Part shown: positions 63,631 to 64,000 of the stretch, piece by piece
How positions within the stretch are numbered: the stretch's first letter is position 1
Layout: every line of letters starts with the position of its first letter
Assembly (NCBI GenBank): GCA_015680685.1
Contig: MNCI01001005.1
Coordinates: 70,529-134,528 of the forward strand
DNA: 64,000 nucleotides
From: Gnetum montanum
Lineage: Eukaryota > Plantae > Gnetophyta
Reading direction: 5' to 3'
Made by a program: the position numbers and the translations under genes
Notes under the pieces: generated by a model
What the model saw: only the letters and a program-made list of their open reading frames with translations
Told to the model about the DNA's origin: nothing
The model's database searches: none

Positions 63631-64000
63631 TGATGAACCATAATTTTTTAGGCTTCAATATCGAACCCATGATATCAAATCCATAATATCAGGTATGCGA
63701 TATCGTGACCTAAACAATGATAGTAGATACACAATATCATGACTCCTGTGTGGGCCTAAAAATACACATGTGGGCACATGGGAAATTTAGTTAGGAATTA
63801 GTTCTTAGTCAATTTGTTTTTTAGTCATTTGTTAGTTCTTCTCAACCCTTTCTCCCAATGCATGCCCACAGTGTGGTGATTGTAGTTATATAGCACCTTT
63901 ATTCGAGTGTGACGTACTTGGACACATACATGACCAGCAATAAAGATTGAGATTACTTCATCATTACAACACTCACTTAGTTTTAGTTTAATTATTATTT
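63631..64000 (+). mobile_element. Family A LTR (5' or solo) inserted into the Tat 3' LTR; runs off window end
   Basis: TGATGAACCA start as at 10822, GATATC repeats, AATAAA hairpin at 63868-63968. It interrupts the Tat LTR after GCTTGACCCT, which is uninterrupted at ~46870-46880. Confidence 0.88.

Overview
This is plant-type heterochromatin made almost entirely of nested, decayed Ty3/gypsy LTR retrotransposons. I recognise no intact host gene. About 10 insertions can be resolved from LTR termini, primer-binding sites (PBS), polypurine tracts (PPT) and 5-bp target-site duplications (TSD). (1) Athila-like family A copies lie at 1-290 (-), 291-3330, 10822-18502, 37403-45965 and 63631-64000. (2) A second Athila-like family lies at 24501-33241 (-). 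(3) A Tekay/Del chromovirus lies at 21975-36736 (-), with a probable 3' LTR remnant at 3331-4020. (4) A CRM-like chromovirus with a chromodomain lies at ~4190-21970 and hosts a 3.8-kb non-autonomous relative (4646-8436) in its own 5' LTR. (5) A >17-kb Tat/Ogre-type element with a second RNase H lies at 45966-63630. All coding regions are pseudogenised, mostly by stop codons consistent with C>T decay of methylated cytosines. The main discovery is in the Tat element: a 5.6-kb spacer between protease and RT contains a complete antisense gene with its own TATA box. It has 7 coding exons whose splice phases all agree and encodes ~840 aa, with a plant-mobile-domain/transposon-protein-like region plus a probable coiled coil. 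An array of dyad-symmetric repeats in its upstream intron shares a motif with the element's LTRs. Also notable: a structurally conserved ~100-nt hairpin that sequesters AATAAA in family A LTRs, and a spliced accessory ORF in family A. All family assignments come from motif recognition by eye; no searches were run.
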